Assembly: GCA_036266195.1 (NCBI GenBank)
Contig: DATANP010000599.1
Coordinates: forward strand, 1 to 59,081
Origin: Thermoanaerobaculia bacterium
Lineage (GTDB): Bacteria; Acidobacteriota; Thermoanaerobaculia; Multivoradales; UBA5704
DNA: 59,081 bases
Reading direction: 5' to 3'
This document shows, one piece after another, positions 1 to 9,100 of this stretch. The notes below the pieces were generated by a model. That model was not told where the DNA came from, did no database searches, and saw nothing but the letters and a program-made list of their open reading frames with translations. Numbering within the stretch: position 1 is the stretch's first letter; each line of letters begins with the position of its first letter. Position numbers and translations under genes: made by a program.

Positions 1-63
1 ATCCGTCGAAGGGCGAGAGCGGGGCGGCGACGGACGGGCGCAAACGCCGAGCGTAGCCACGCT

Positions 64-88
64 CCCCTCTCCCGTTCCGGGAGAGGGG
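64..88. repeat. Perfect 11-bp stem / 3-nt loop inverted repeat (CCCCTCTCCCG-TTC-CGGGAGAGGGG)
   Basis: Read directly: 64-74 is the exact reverse complement of 78-88. No T-tract follows, so it is not a canonical intrinsic terminator. It resembles REP-type intergenic hairpins. Confidence 0.6.
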
Positions 89-94
89 CCGGGG

Positions 95-313
95 GTGAGG
101 GCCGCAGGCCACGAACGCCCTCTCGTCCTGACTGCGGCGCCAGTGGCTCCGCGCCGCGAGCCCCCCCGCGAGCCGGCGGGGCCTCGCGTTCAGATCGGCC
201 GCCTGGAGGTGATCGTCACGGCGCCGGCTCCGGCCGCTCCGGCGAAGACTCCGGTTGCTCCAAGCCCCAAGCCCGGCGCTCTCGCGAGCCGCCGCTATCT
301 CAGGAGCCTCTAG
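95..313 (+). CDS. Hypothetical protein (72 aa from GTG), or the 3' end of a longer gene entering from the left edge
   Basis: The frame is open back to nt 2. A GGAGAGG lies about 9 nt upstream of GTG 95. The product is Pro/Ala-rich with an IGRLEVIV motif. The stop lies 3 nt before the next gene in the same operon-like string. Confidence 0.35.
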   Translation: MRAAGHERPLVLTAAPVAPRREPPREPAGPRVQIGRLEVIVTAPAPAAPAKTPVAPSPKPGALASRRYLRSL

Positions 314-316
314 TCC

Positions 317-1333
317 ATGGCGCTGCCTCTCTCTTCCCTGTCGCGCATCTGCCGGTCCGTCGCCGACTTTCTCGGCGCGGAGCTGGAGGCCAACTCGAAC
401 TCGATCCGCGTGCTGCTCGGCAACCCGGCCGACGCCGCCAAGGACCACGAGACCGAACACCGGGTCAACCTTTTCTTCTACCAGGTCGAGCCGAGCGGCT
501 TTGGCGCTTTCGCCCCGGACGAGGCGTGGCTGGTCCGCCTGCACTGCCTGATCACCGCGTTCGGCGTCGCCGAAAACCAGGTGAGCTCGGGCGAGAACGA
601 TCTCCGGTTGCTGGGCGCGGTGCTGCGCGTGTTCCACGAGAACCCGATCCTGCCGGCCTACGATCTGGATGGCACGGCGGTGCGCGCGCAGGTGGTGTTC
701 AACCCGCTCACGCTCGATCAGATCAATCACATCTGGTCCACCCAGGGCGGGGACGTGGCATTCCGGCCGTCGGTGGCGTACGAGATGGCACTCGCGCCGA
801 TCCCGCCGAGCGAGCTGCGGGTGCCCGGACCGCTGGTGGGATCGATCGGCGTGGACGTGTTCAAGGATCTCAAGCCGCACCCGTTCGGCGGCAATCCGGC
901 GATACCGGCGGTGATCGTGCGCGCGGTGAGCACGGACCGTCCGGACTGGACGCCGAGGCTCTGCCTGGTGGACGGCGGCGAGTGCGCGGAAAGCCTTTCG
1001 TTCGAGGTGGGCAGCCCGGAGCTGACCGCGTTCACGCCGCACGCCTGGGTCGCCGGCCTGTCCGGCAGCCCGGTGACGCTGCGCTGGGAGTCGTGGGAGG
1101 CCGGCACGGGCTGGACTTCGCTGTCCGATCACGTGGACACGCAGGCCACTTCGATCGCGATCGATCCCGCGGCCGCCGGCTCGGCCACCACCGTGGCGGC
1201 GCCGATGCCGTTCAAGGACAAGGCGGGGCAGCTCGTGCTCTACGCGGTGCGCAGCGCGAACCGCTTCCCGGACGGGCTCGCGATCGAGGTGCGGAGCAAT
1301 CCGGTCCTGATCAATCTCTACGAAGGGGCGTGA
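317..1333 (+). CDS. DUF4255 (Pvc16/Afp16-like) contractile-injection-system protein
   Basis: The N-terminus (SLSRICRSVADFLGAEL...NPADAAKD...HRVNLFFYQVEPSGF) matches the DUF4255/Pvc16_N pattern as I remember it. It sits at the head of a tail-like gene string. Confidence 0.75.
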   Translation: MALPLSSLSRICRSVADFLGAELEANSNSIRVLLGNPADAAKDHETEHRVNLFFYQVEPSGFGAFAPDEAWLVRLHCLITAFGVAENQVSSGENDLRLLGAVLRVFHENPILPAYDLDGTAVRAQVVFNPLTLDQINHIWSTQGGDVAFRPSVAYEMALAPIPPSELRVPGPLVGSIGVDVFKDLKPHPFGGNPAIPAVIVRAVSTDRPDWTPRLCLVDGGECAESLSFEVGSPELTAFTPHAWVAGLSGSPVTLRWESWEAGTGWTSLSDHVDTQATSIAIDPAAAGSATTVAAPMPFKDKAGQLVLYAVRSANRFPDGLAIEVRSNPVLINLYEGA

Positions 1334-1337
1334 GCGC

Positions 1338-1583
1338 GTGTGGACCTTCGATCAATTGCGGCTGGTGCTCCCGGCCGGCTTCGAGCATCGCGCCGAGGGC
1401 ATTGCCCGCCGGGTTGCCGAGGAGCTGGCCGGGCTGCCGGCTCCCGCCGACGTCTCGCTCCGTTCGCTCTCCCTGCCTCCCTTGGAGATCCGGACCGGCG
1501 CCTCTGACCATCAGATCGCCGGCCAGATCGCTCAATCGATCGCCCGGACCGTGGGTGGCGGGTCCTCCGCTCTGAATCCGTAA
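1338..1583 (+). CDS. Small hypothetical protein (81 aa, GTG start)
   Basis: ORF tightly packed between the DUF4255 and tube-like genes. No recognisable motif. Confidence 0.4.
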   Translation: MWTFDQLRLVLPAGFEHRAEGIARRVAEELAGLPAPADVSLRSLSLPPLEIRTGASDHQIAGQIAQSIARTVGGGSSALNP

Positions 1584-1593
1584 AGGAAGAACG

Positions 1594-2241
1594 ATGCTCA
1601 ACGTCACGAAAGCGGCTCTGGTCGAGTACGCCTTGTCCATTCCGCCGCTCGCCCTCATCTTCGACTTCAACCCGGAGAGCCTGTCGCGCACCCGGACGGT
1701 GAACGTGCGCACGGGCAATTCGGCGGCGACGCGCGGGGGTTACGACTTCGCGCTCCCCACGGAGACGCCGCGCGCCGCGCTCGGGGTCTCGGTGCAGCCG
1801 GAGACCTTCAGCATCCAGGTGCTGTTCGACTGCACGGACCGGCTGAGCGACGGCGATCCGATCGCGCAGACGCTCGGCATCGAGCCGGAGCTCGACACGC
1901 TGCGCACCATGCTGGAGCCCAAGTCGCAGGGCCCGGGCGGCTTCCAGATGCTCGCCAGTCTTGGTCTGGGAGGCCAGCGCGCGTTCCAGCGCCACGAGTC
2001 GGCGTCGGTGATCCTGTTCATCTGGGGCACTCATCTCCTGCCGGTGTTCGTCACCAACGTGCAGGTGGACGAGAAGGCGCACCTGCCGTCGCTCGTGCCC
2101 TACCGCGCGAACGTGACCATCTCGATGCAGGTGATCGAGGGGAACAATCCTTTCTATACCGTCGAGAAGGTGCGCCAGGTGGTGAGCTCCGCGATCAACA
2201 CGGGCCGCACCGTGGGCGCCATCCTGGGAGGGATCTTCTGA
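1594..2241 (+). CDS. CIS tube / tube-initiator-like protein (Afp7 N-terminal-domain-like)
   Basis: Motifs LIFDFNPESLSRTRTV...ILFIWG...LPVFVTNVQVDEK resemble the contractile-system tube-fold domain that precedes LysM in Afp7/Pvc7-type proteins. Its stop overlaps the next start (TGATG). Confidence 0.55.
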   Translation: MLNVTKAALVEYALSIPPLALIFDFNPESLSRTRTVNVRTGNSAATRGGYDFALPTETPRAALGVSVQPETFSIQVLFDCTDRLSDGDPIAQTLGIEPELDTLRTMLEPKSQGPGGFQMLASLGLGGQRAFQRHESASVILFIWGTHLLPVFVTNVQVDEKAHLPSLVPYRANVTISMQVIEGNNPFYTVEKVRQVVSSAINTGRTVGAILGGIF

Positions 2242-2531
2242 TGTTCTTCAAGGGCTCGCGCTACGAAGGCTCCCGTCCGTTCACGCCCGCGCCCGGCGGC
2301 CGCGAGGTGTTCCCCGGCGTGCGTCCGCGCGAGGTCGTGACCCGCGCCGGCGCCGTGGAGCACGTGATCCGGGCCGGCGACCGGCTCGATCTTCTGGCCC
2401 GTCACTACTACAACGACGACCGCCTGTGGTGGCGGATCGTGGACGCCAATCCCGAGGTGCTGTTCGCGGGCGACATGCTCGCTCCCGGCACCGAGGGCCA
2501 GGTCATCCTCATCCCGGCGGGGAGGGGCTGA
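2241..2531 (+). CDS. LysM-like / tail protein X (gpX)-like protein
   Basis: HVIRAGDRLDLLARHYYNDDRLWWRIVDANPEV fits the LysM/gpX pattern. Its position before the gpD-like gene is typical. Confidence 0.7.
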   Translation: MFFKGSRYEGSRPFTPAPGGREVFPGVRPREVVTRAGAVEHVIRAGDRLDLLARHYYNDDRLWWRIVDANPEVLFAGDMLAPGTEGQVILIPAGRG

Positions 2532-2534
2532 GGC

Positions 2535-3701
2535 ATGGTCCTGGACCTCTTCTCCGGCGCCCAGCGCGAGCCGGCCGGCTGCGTGGTCAAGGTGGGCGTG
2601 GCCCAGCTCGAGATCACCGATCTCTATCCCTTTCTGACCGGGGTGGACATCGAGTGCAGCCGCACGGACGCGTGGACCGCGACGCTCACGTTCGAGAGCC
2701 GCCGCGACGAGCAGGGCAAGTGGGCGGTCCAGGACTCCGGCGTGCTCGCGCCGTGGGAGCCGATCGTGATCGAAGCGTCGTTCGGCAGCCGCAGCGAGGA
2801 GATCTTCCGCGGCTACATCCGCGACGTCTCGGCGAGCTATCCCGAGGAGGCCGGCGCCGCCACGGTGACCGTCGAGTGCCAGGACGATTCGATCGTGCTC
2901 GACCGCACGCACGTGCGCCAGAGCTGGGGCGAGGCCGAGGCGCCGACCACGGACGGCCTGATCTTCCAGCAGATCGTGGCGCGCAACGCGCTCATACCCA
3001 GCCCCGAGAGCGGCCAGGGCCTCTCCGGCCTGCACCTGTTCCAGGACGCCACGGACGTGAGCTTCCTGCGCGACCGCGCCGAGGCCAACGGCTACGAGCT
3101 GATCTTCTCCGGCGGCATGGTCTACTTCGGACCCATGCGGCTGTCGGGCGAGCCGCAGCCCACGATCCTGGTCTATGCCGGCCGCGACACGAACTGCCTG
3201 CGCTTCGACGTGCGGGCGGACGGCCACCGGCCGGAAAAGGTTGCTTATGAAGTGGCCGCGACCGAGGGCACGGGCGTCCAGGAGCGCACGGTCGAGCCGG
3301 ACATCCCGCTGCTCGGCACCGAGCCGGCCTCCGGCGGCGGCCCGGGCCTGCCGGAGTACGTCTGGCGCCTGCGCCGCCAGGGCACGATCGACGAGGCCGA
3401 GCTGACCGCGCGCGCCCAGGCCAGGGCCAACGAGCTTTCGATGCGCGTCCAGGGCGACGGCGAGCTCGACGGCACGCTCTACGGCCACGTGCTGCAGGTC
3501 GGCGGGCTGGTCCCCGTGGATGGCGTGGGCGACCGCCTGAACGGCCTCTATTACGTCGATTCGGTTTCGCATCACTTTTCGACCGAGGGCTACAGCCAGA
3601 GCTTCCGGGTTCTGCGCAACGCCTACGGCGACAACGTCCCCTCCGGACCGCTCGGCGGACTGTCTGCGTCGGTGTCCGTCTCGTTCTCGTTCGGTTTCTG
3701 A
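2535..3701 (+). CDS. Phage late control gene D (gpD)-like baseplate hub protein
   Basis: 388 aa, with gpD-like N-terminal organisation and a position immediately upstream of the spike gene. Corresponds to the VgrG N-terminal half. Confidence 0.7.
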   Translation: MVLDLFSGAQREPAGCVVKVGVAQLEITDLYPFLTGVDIECSRTDAWTATLTFESRRDEQGKWAVQDSGVLAPWEPIVIEASFGSRSEEIFRGYIRDVSASYPEEAGAATVTVECQDDSIVLDRTHVRQSWGEAEAPTTDGLIFQQIVARNALIPSPESGQGLSGLHLFQDATDVSFLRDRAEANGYELIFSGGMVYFGPMRLSGEPQPTILVYAGRDTNCLRFDVRADGHRPEKVAYEVAATEGTGVQERTVEPDIPLLGTEPASGGGPGLPEYVWRLRRQGTIDEAELTARAQARANELSMRVQGDGELDGTLYGHVLQVGGLVPVDGVGDRLNGLYYVDSVSHHFSTEGYSQSFRVLRNAYGDNVPSGPLGGLSASVSVSFSFGF

Positions 3702-3716
3702 TCCTGGAGACACGCC

Positions 3717-4538
3717 GTGGATGAGCTGCTCCAACAGGTTGCCAAGCAGGTCCAGAAGAAGTACTACGGAAAGTTCCGCGGCTTCGTCGTGGACAACCAG
3801 GACCCGGAGAAGCGCGGGCGTTTGAAAGTGAAGGTCCCGTCGATCCTTGCCGAGACCGAGACCGGCTGGGCGCTGCCGTGCGTGCCGTTCGGCGGCCTCC
3901 CGGGCCACGGCCTGTTCCTCATCCCGGAGGTCGACGCGCAGCTCTGGATCGAGTTCGAGGAGGGCGAGCTCTCGCGGCCGATCTGGACCGGGACCTTCTG
4001 GCAGCAGGCTGGCGATCCGCCGGCCGAGGCCACCGAGGGCGACGGCACGAAGACGCGCCTGCTCAAGACGCCCGGCGGCCACGTCCTCCGCTTCGACGAC
4101 GAGAGCGACAAGGAGAAGCTCCAGCTCCTCCATCCGGGCGGTACCGAGATCGCGATCGACGAGAAGGGCATCCTCACGCTCACCGACCAGGGCGGCTCGA
4201 AGGTGACGCTCGATCCCGACGCCGGCAAGCTGATCGTCGAGGATTCGAACGGCAACACGCTCACCATGGATTCGAGCGGCACGCTCGTCGAAGACAAGAA
4301 CGGCAACAAGATCGAGATGGCCGCGGCGGGCATCAACGTCGAGGGCCAGAAGATCGTGATCAAGGGCTCGCAGGTGGTCCTCGGCGGCGACGCCGGCGAG
4401 CCGATCATCAAGGGCCAGAGCTTCCTCACCCTGTTCGCCACCCACGTCCATCCGACCTCGGCGCCCGGCGCTCCGACCGGCCCGCCGATTCCCCAGGGAG
4501 AGATGTCGAGCCTCTCCCAGAAGGTGATGACCGCATGA
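3717..4538 (+). CDS. gpV / gp5 OB-fold spike protein (VgrG C-terminal-half-like)
   Basis: YYGKFRGFVVDNQDPEKRGRLKVKVPSI...WALPCVPFGG is the classic gp5/gpV OB-fold signature. It is followed by beta-helix-like short repeats (KVTLDPDAGKLIVEDSNGNTLTMDSSGTLVEDKNGNKIEM). GGAGA lies 7 nt upstream of GTG. Confidence 0.85.
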   Translation: MDELLQQVAKQVQKKYYGKFRGFVVDNQDPEKRGRLKVKVPSILAETETGWALPCVPFGGLPGHGLFLIPEVDAQLWIEFEEGELSRPIWTGTFWQQAGDPPAEATEGDGTKTRLLKTPGGHVLRFDDESDKEKLQLLHPGGTEIAIDEKGILTLTDQGGSKVTLDPDAGKLIVEDSNGNTLTMDSSGTLVEDKNGNKIEMAAAGINVEGQKIVIKGSQVVLGGDAGEPIIKGQSFLTLFATHVHPTSAPGAPTGPPIPQGEMSSLSQKVMTA

Positions 4539-4915
4539 GACGCCTCGCGGATCCTCCGTATCTCGCGTTCCCCTTCCGCGTGAGCGACAGCGGGCCGGAG
4601 CTTTCCGACCGCAGCCGCCACCTGCGGGAGCAGATCGAGCAGGTGCTGTTCACCAATCCCGGGGAGCGCGTGTTCCGGCCGGACTTCGGCGCGGGCATCC
4701 GCACCCTGATCTTCGAGCCGAACACCTCGCCGCTGTGGACGATCACGCGCAAGCGGCTGATCGCTTCGCTGGCGGATGCCTTGAAGGGCGAGGTCGATCC
4801 GCGCAGCCTCACGATCGACGTCACCGGCGAGGAAGAAAAGGTTTTCGTCAACATCGCGTACACGCTCGCGACGCTCGGCCATACCGAGCAGCAGCGCTTT
4901 TCGGTGAGCGCCTGA
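4535..4915 (+). CDS. GPW/gp25-family baseplate wedge protein
   Basis: LAFPFRV...HLREQIEQVLFTNPGERVFRPDFGAGIRTLIFEPN is the gp25/GPW signature. ATGA overlaps the spike stop. The track ORF 3878-4915 is in frame, but only the distal part is coding. Confidence 0.9.
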   Translation: MRRLADPPYLAFPFRVSDSGPELSDRSRHLREQIEQVLFTNPGERVFRPDFGAGIRTLIFEPNTSPLWTITRKRLIASLADALKGEVDPRSLTIDVTGEEEKVFVNIAYTLATLGHTEQQRFSVSA

Positions 4916-4925
4916 GGAGGCGGCC

Positions 4926-6083
4926 ATGGCGGACACACCGGTCCAGGATCTCGAGTTCCAGGGGCAGTGCCCCGACTGCGGCAGCCGCCGCGTCGAGCTG
5001 CCCCGCGCCCTGCCCCCGGTCGGCGACGACTTCGACTGGCGGGTGCGCGATTACGACGGCTTCCGCGTCTTCCTCCTGGAAGAGCTCGCCGCCCGCTTCC
5101 CCGAGCGCTCGCGCTGGACGCCGGCCGATGTGGAAGTCACCCTCATCGAGGCGCTCTCGGCGGTGCTCGACCAGCTTTCCGACACGCTCGACCGCGTCTC
5201 GTCCGAGGCCTATCTCGAAACCGCGCGGCGGCCGGAGTCGGTCCGCCGCCTGCTCAAGATGATCGGCGCCGATCCTCTGGGCTCCAATTCCGACGAGCCC
5301 CCGGCCGACCGGCTCGCCCGCGAAAAGGAGCTGGACCTCTACTGGCAGAGCCATCCCGAGGCCATGGAAGCCGCGCGCCGCGCCGGGCCGCTGGCCATCC
5401 GCCGGCAGCGCCGCATGGTCACGACGGACGACTACGCGAACCGCCTCTCGGACCACCCGCTCGTGCTCCGCGCCCACTCCTGGACCGATTGGAGCGGCAC
5501 CTGGACGACCGTCCACGTCGCGGTCGTGGCCTGGGAAGAGCACCGGCTCGACGACGCGCCGGAGCTGCCCCAGGACCTGATCGACGAGGTCGAGGAGTTC
5601 CACCGCGAGCACCGCCTGCCGGTGCCGCTGTGGTCCGGCAAGCCCACGATCCGCCAGGTGCTGAGTCTGTATCTCGGCGCCTACCGCATGGCCGGCCAGG
5701 AGGTGCTCCTGGAGGACGCGGTGCCGGTGGGCGTGATTCTCGCGCTGACCCTCGTGGTGGACGAGCGCTTCTTCCGCTCCGAGGTGCGGCGCGCGGTCGA
5801 GCAGGCGCTGGGCCGCGGCCCCGGCGGCTTCTTCGAGCCCGGCCGCCTGCGCTTCGGCGAGGACCTGCACGCGAGCGACGTCTTCGAGGCCCTGATGGGC
5901 GTCGAGGGGGTCGTGGACATCACGCTCGACCGCTTCAAGCGCGTGGGCGCGGCCCACCCCGACCGCTCGGCCGAGGGTTTCATCCCGCTCCGCGGTCTCG
6001 AGGTCGCGGTCTGCGACAACGACCCGGTCCGGCCCGGCCGCGGCTACTTCCGACTCGATCTCTGCGGAGGGCGGAGAGGATGA
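4926..6083 (+). CDS. Baseplate J-like protein (small)
   Basis: GAGGAGG RBS. N-terminal pattern ...DYDGFRVFLLEELAARFPE...TLIEALSAVLDQLSDTLDRVSSEAYLETA resembles the Baseplate_J family. Sits in a conserved position after gp25. Confidence 0.7.
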   Translation: MADTPVQDLEFQGQCPDCGSRRVELPRALPPVGDDFDWRVRDYDGFRVFLLEELAARFPERSRWTPADVEVTLIEALSAVLDQLSDTLDRVSSEAYLETARRPESVRRLLKMIGADPLGSNSDEPPADRLAREKELDLYWQSHPEAMEAARRAGPLAIRRQRRMVTTDDYANRLSDHPLVLRAHSWTDWSGTWTTVHVAVVAWEEHRLDDAPELPQDLIDEVEEFHREHRLPVPLWSGKPTIRQVLSLYLGAYRMAGQEVLLEDAVPVGVILALTLVVDERFFRSEVRRAVEQALGRGPGGFFEPGRLRFGEDLHASDVFEALMGVEGVVDITLDRFKRVGAAHPDRSAEGFIPLRGLEVAVCDNDPVRPGRGYFRLDLCGGRRG

Positions 6084-9000
6084 GCGATTCAACGAGCGAC
6101 CTTACCCGATGGAACCGCGCGGGCCTGCCGCGCTTCCGATACGTCGACGGCAACGCGGCCGCCTGGCTGGAGGAGCTGCGCCTCGCGCTCCTCGCGCGCA
6201 ACCTGGAGCCGCTTCTCGATCCGAACCAGCCCGACCCTGCGTCGAGCCTCGACTGGTGGAAGGAGATCTGGCGCAAGCCGCCCGCGGATTCGCAGGGCCA
6301 GGTCTTCGTCAAGCAGATCCTCGACCAGGCGGAGACGCGGCTGCGCTGGCAGGCGCCCGAAGGCGCCGGCCCGCTCTGGGTGCGTCCGCCGGTAAGGCCG
6401 GAGCTCGAAACCGAGCACAGCACGCGCCTGCGCGAACAATACGAAGCAGGCCGCGGCGACCTCGCCTGGGAGATCGTGCGCTCGTTCGCCCGCGGCGTCC
6501 ATGTGCTCACCGAGCACCTCGACGCCTACGCCAACGAGGGCTATCTCGGCACCGCAACGCAGTGGGAGAACGTCCGCCGGCTCATCGCCATGCTCGACGT
6601 TCGTCCGGCGCCGCCCGCCTCGGCCTCGACCGTTCTGGTGCTGGAGGCCAAGGGCATCGGTACGGTTGCGAAAGGTTTTCAGATCAAGCACTCGCCCCCG
6701 GACGGCGGCGCGCCGGTGATCTTCGAGACGCTCGACGACCTGGAGGTCGATCCCGGCCTGAACGCCCTGCGTCCGCTCGATCACGACCGGAGCACCGCCG
6801 TCACCCAGGGGACCCGGATCGAGCTGGAGGGCCGCGTCAAGGGTCTCAAGGCCGGCGAGCCGCTCGTGCTGGAAGACGAGCGCAGCGGCGAGCTTCACGC
6901 CTACCTGATCCAGTCCGTGTCCGAAGAGGAGACGGTCACGCGCGTGGACGTCACTCCGCCGGTCAAGAGCGGCATTCCGAAAGGTTATGCCCGGGTCCAC
7001 GCCACGCCGCGCGAGCGCCTCGCGCCGCTCGCTCCGGCTTCCAAGGGCGCCGAGGTAGGCAAGTCGCTGCAACTGGCCGAGGAGCCCGCGGGGCTTCAGC
7101 CCGGCGACGTGGTCTGGATCAGCGACGGCCACCAGCCGATCTATCGCAAGGTGCAGCAGGTCCGCGGCCGGCGGATCATCCTGGACGCCGGGATCGGCGA
7201 TCTGCGGGCCGACCTGACCGTCGTGGGCCGGCCGATCGTGCTCTCAGTCACCGATATCGGGCAGCGCGAGATCGAACACGACACCTCCGGCACCCTCCAG
7301 TCCACCATCCTCGCGATCCGCGTGGCCGGCGATTGGACGCGCCTCGCGAACGACTGGCTGGCCGACAAGGTCGTGACCACCGGGGGCAACCCCCTGCCGC
7401 TCTTCCAGGTGATCAGCGCCGACTACCGGCCGGTGGGAAGCGTGACCGACAACGAAGGGCATCTCGACCCCAACGGCGGCTACACCGTTCTGCGTCTCAA
7501 GTGGACGCACCAGAGCAACCTCTCGAACCCGCAGGCCCTCCTGGCGCCGCCGCCCGGCGGCGGCCTCTGGCGGGCGGACCGCTTCCTGGAGAAGCCCTCC
7601 GGCAAGCTGCCCGCGGAGATCGTCTCGGCCCTGCCCAAGAAGGCCGCGGCCGGCGACGTGGCGGTGGTGGCGAGCGGCTCGACCCTGGCCTGGACGCGCC
7701 TCGCGGCCGTCGAAGCCGACGCCGACGCGGGCACCGCGCTGCTGCGGGCCGGCGAGGGTGGCTGGAAGGACCGCGGCGGCGGACCGTTTTTCCTGGCCGA
7801 GACCCGCGTCTTCACCAAGTTCGAGCGCTCCGCCCGCGTCCTCGGCTGGTCCGCGAACAACACGCCGATCACGGGCACCGAGGTCCCCCTGCCGGCCAAT
7901 GTCCCGGCCGCCCTCCGTCCGGGACGGACCGTGGTGGTGGAGCTGGACGATCAGCCTTCCGCCGCTCTGGCTTCGCGGGTGATCGCCGTGGCCAACGCCA
8001 AGGCGACCCTCGACCGTCCGCTGCCGGCAGGCGCCCGCTTCGACAACCTGGTCCTGCGCGCCAACGCGGTGCTCTCCGGCCATGGCGAGGCCAAGGGCGA
8101 GCGGGCTCTCGGCAGCGGCGACGCGTCGCGCTCGCACCAGACCTTCCGGTTCGACGAGAAGGGCGTCTCCTTCGTGGCCGATCCCGCGCAGCCCTCGGGC
8201 GTGCGCGCGGCCATCGAGGTCCGCATCGCCAACCGGGTCTGGCAGCAGGTGCCGACCCTCGCCGACTCCGGCCCGGCCGACCCGCACTACACCGTGCGCA
8301 TGACCGAGGACGGCGGCATCGAGCTGGCATTCGGCGACGGCCGCAACGGGCGCCGTCTGCCCACAGGCGTCAACAACGTGCGCCTGGCCTGGCGCTCGGG
8401 CACCGGCCTCGCCGGCAACCTGCCCTGGGGCAGGCTGGTCAAGGCGGCCCGGCCCAACCCGCTGATCGAAGCCGTGCGCCAGCCCCTGCCGGCCACGGGC
8501 GGCAACGACATGGAAAGCGTCGAATCCATGCGGGCCACGGCTCCGGCCAGCGTCTCGACCCTGGGCCGCGCCGTGTCGCTGGGCGACTATGGGCGCCTGG
8601 CCGCGAGCCAGAGCAGCGTCTGGCAGGCCGCGGCGTTTTCCATGCCGACCGGACTCGCCCGCAAGGACAGCGTGCGGGTCGTGGTCGTGCCGGCCGGCGG
8701 CGGCCAGCTCGGCGCGCTGGCGGCCCAGATTCAGGCGTTCCTGGAGTCGCACGCGCTGCCTGGCGTGGCCGTCAAGGTCGATCCCTACCGCTCCGTGGGC
8801 TTCAGCCTGCGGGTCGAGCTGCAGATCGTGACCGCCGAGTTCGACCCCGAGCGGGTGTCGGACACGGTCCGCGCGCGCCTCCTGGCCGCCTTCGGCCTGC
8901 GCGCGCGCAAGCTCGGCCAGGCCCTGCGCCTGTCCGAGGTCTTCCGCATCGTCGAGGGGGTGCCGGGCGTGGCGAACTCCCTCTGTGTCCTCGACAACGA

Positions 9001-9100
9001 TCCGAAGAAGGTCCGCGTGGACGCGCCGGCGGACAGGGTGGCCCACCTCGACGCCAGCACCTCCTCGCTGACCATCCTTCACAGGGAGTTCGAGCTGTGA
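6080..9100 (+). CDS. Large putative baseplate assembly protein (gpJ-like, TIGR02243-type)
   Basis: Starts at ATG 6080 (ATGA overlap), in frame with track ORF 4967-9100. The MSDSTSDLTRWNRAGLPRFRYVDG N-terminus and the C-terminal ...LPATGGNDMESVESMRATAPASVSTLGRAVSLGDY resemble gpJ-type baseplate proteins of tail-like particles. Confidence 0.7.
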   Translation: MSDSTSDLTRWNRAGLPRFRYVDGNAAAWLEELRLALLARNLEPLLDPNQPDPASSLDWWKEIWRKPPADSQGQVFVKQILDQAETRLRWQAPEGAGPLWVRPPVRPELETEHSTRLREQYEAGRGDLAWEIVRSFARGVHVLTEHLDAYANEGYLGTATQWENVRRLIAMLDVRPAPPASASTVLVLEAKGIGTVAKGFQIKHSPPDGGAPVIFETLDDLEVDPGLNALRPLDHDRSTAVTQGTRIELEGRVKGLKAGEPLVLEDERSGELHAYLIQSVSEEETVTRVDVTPPVKSGIPKGYARVHATPRERLAPLAPASKGAEVGKSLQLAEEPAGLQPGDVVWISDGHQPIYRKVQQVRGRRIILDAGIGDLRADLTVVGRPIVLSVTDIGQREIEHDTSGTLQSTILAIRVAGDWTRLANDWLADKVVTTGGNPLPLFQVISADYRPVGSVTDNEGHLDPNGGYTVLRLKWTHQSNLSNPQALLAPPPGGGLWRADRFLEKPSGKLPAEIVSALPKKAAAGDVAVVASGSTLAWTRLAAVEADADAGTALLRAGEGGWKDRGGGPFFLAETRVFTKFERSARVLGWSANNTPITGTEVPLPANVPAALRPGRTVVVELDDQPSAALASRVIAVANAKATLDRPLPAGARFDNLVLRANAVLSGHGEAKGERALGSGDASRSHQTFRFDEKGVSFVADPAQPSGVRAAIEVRIANRVWQQVPTLADSGPADPHYTVRMTEDGGIELAFGDGRNGRRLPTGVNNVRLAWRSGTGLAGNLPWGRLVKAARPNPLIEAVRQPLPATGGNDMESVESMRATAPASVSTLGRAVSLGDYGRLAASQSSVWQAAAFSMPTGLARKDSVRVVVVPAGGGQLGALAAQIQAFLESHALPGVAVKVDPYRSVGFSLRVELQIVTAEFDPERVSDTVRARLLAAFGLRARKLGQALRLSEVFRIVEGVPGVANSLCVLDNDPKKVRVDAPADRVAHLDASTSSLTILHREFEL

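Noticed and set aside
2154-4451. 765-aa minus-strand ORF, plus other overlapping ORFs across the baseplate genes (for example 2426-3250, 3764-4936 and 4848-6092)
   Set aside because: These are shadow frames opposite or overlapping the gpD, spike, gp25 and J-like genes. They have no motifs and Arg-rich composition.
3717-4915. Search for a PAAR-domain spike-tip gene between the spike and baseplate genes
   Set aside because: No separate small ORF with PAAR-like motifs is present. The only candidate is the His/Pro-rich C-terminal tail of the spike itself, which I cannot call PAAR from sequence alone.
4967-6079. Upstream extensions of track ORFs 4967-9100 and 6109-10797
   Set aside because: The N-terminal ~370 and ~1000 residues are Arg/Pro/Gly-rich and overlap the real J-like genes out of frame. 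Family-like sequence begins only at 6080 and 9097, where start/stop overlaps with the preceding genes occur.
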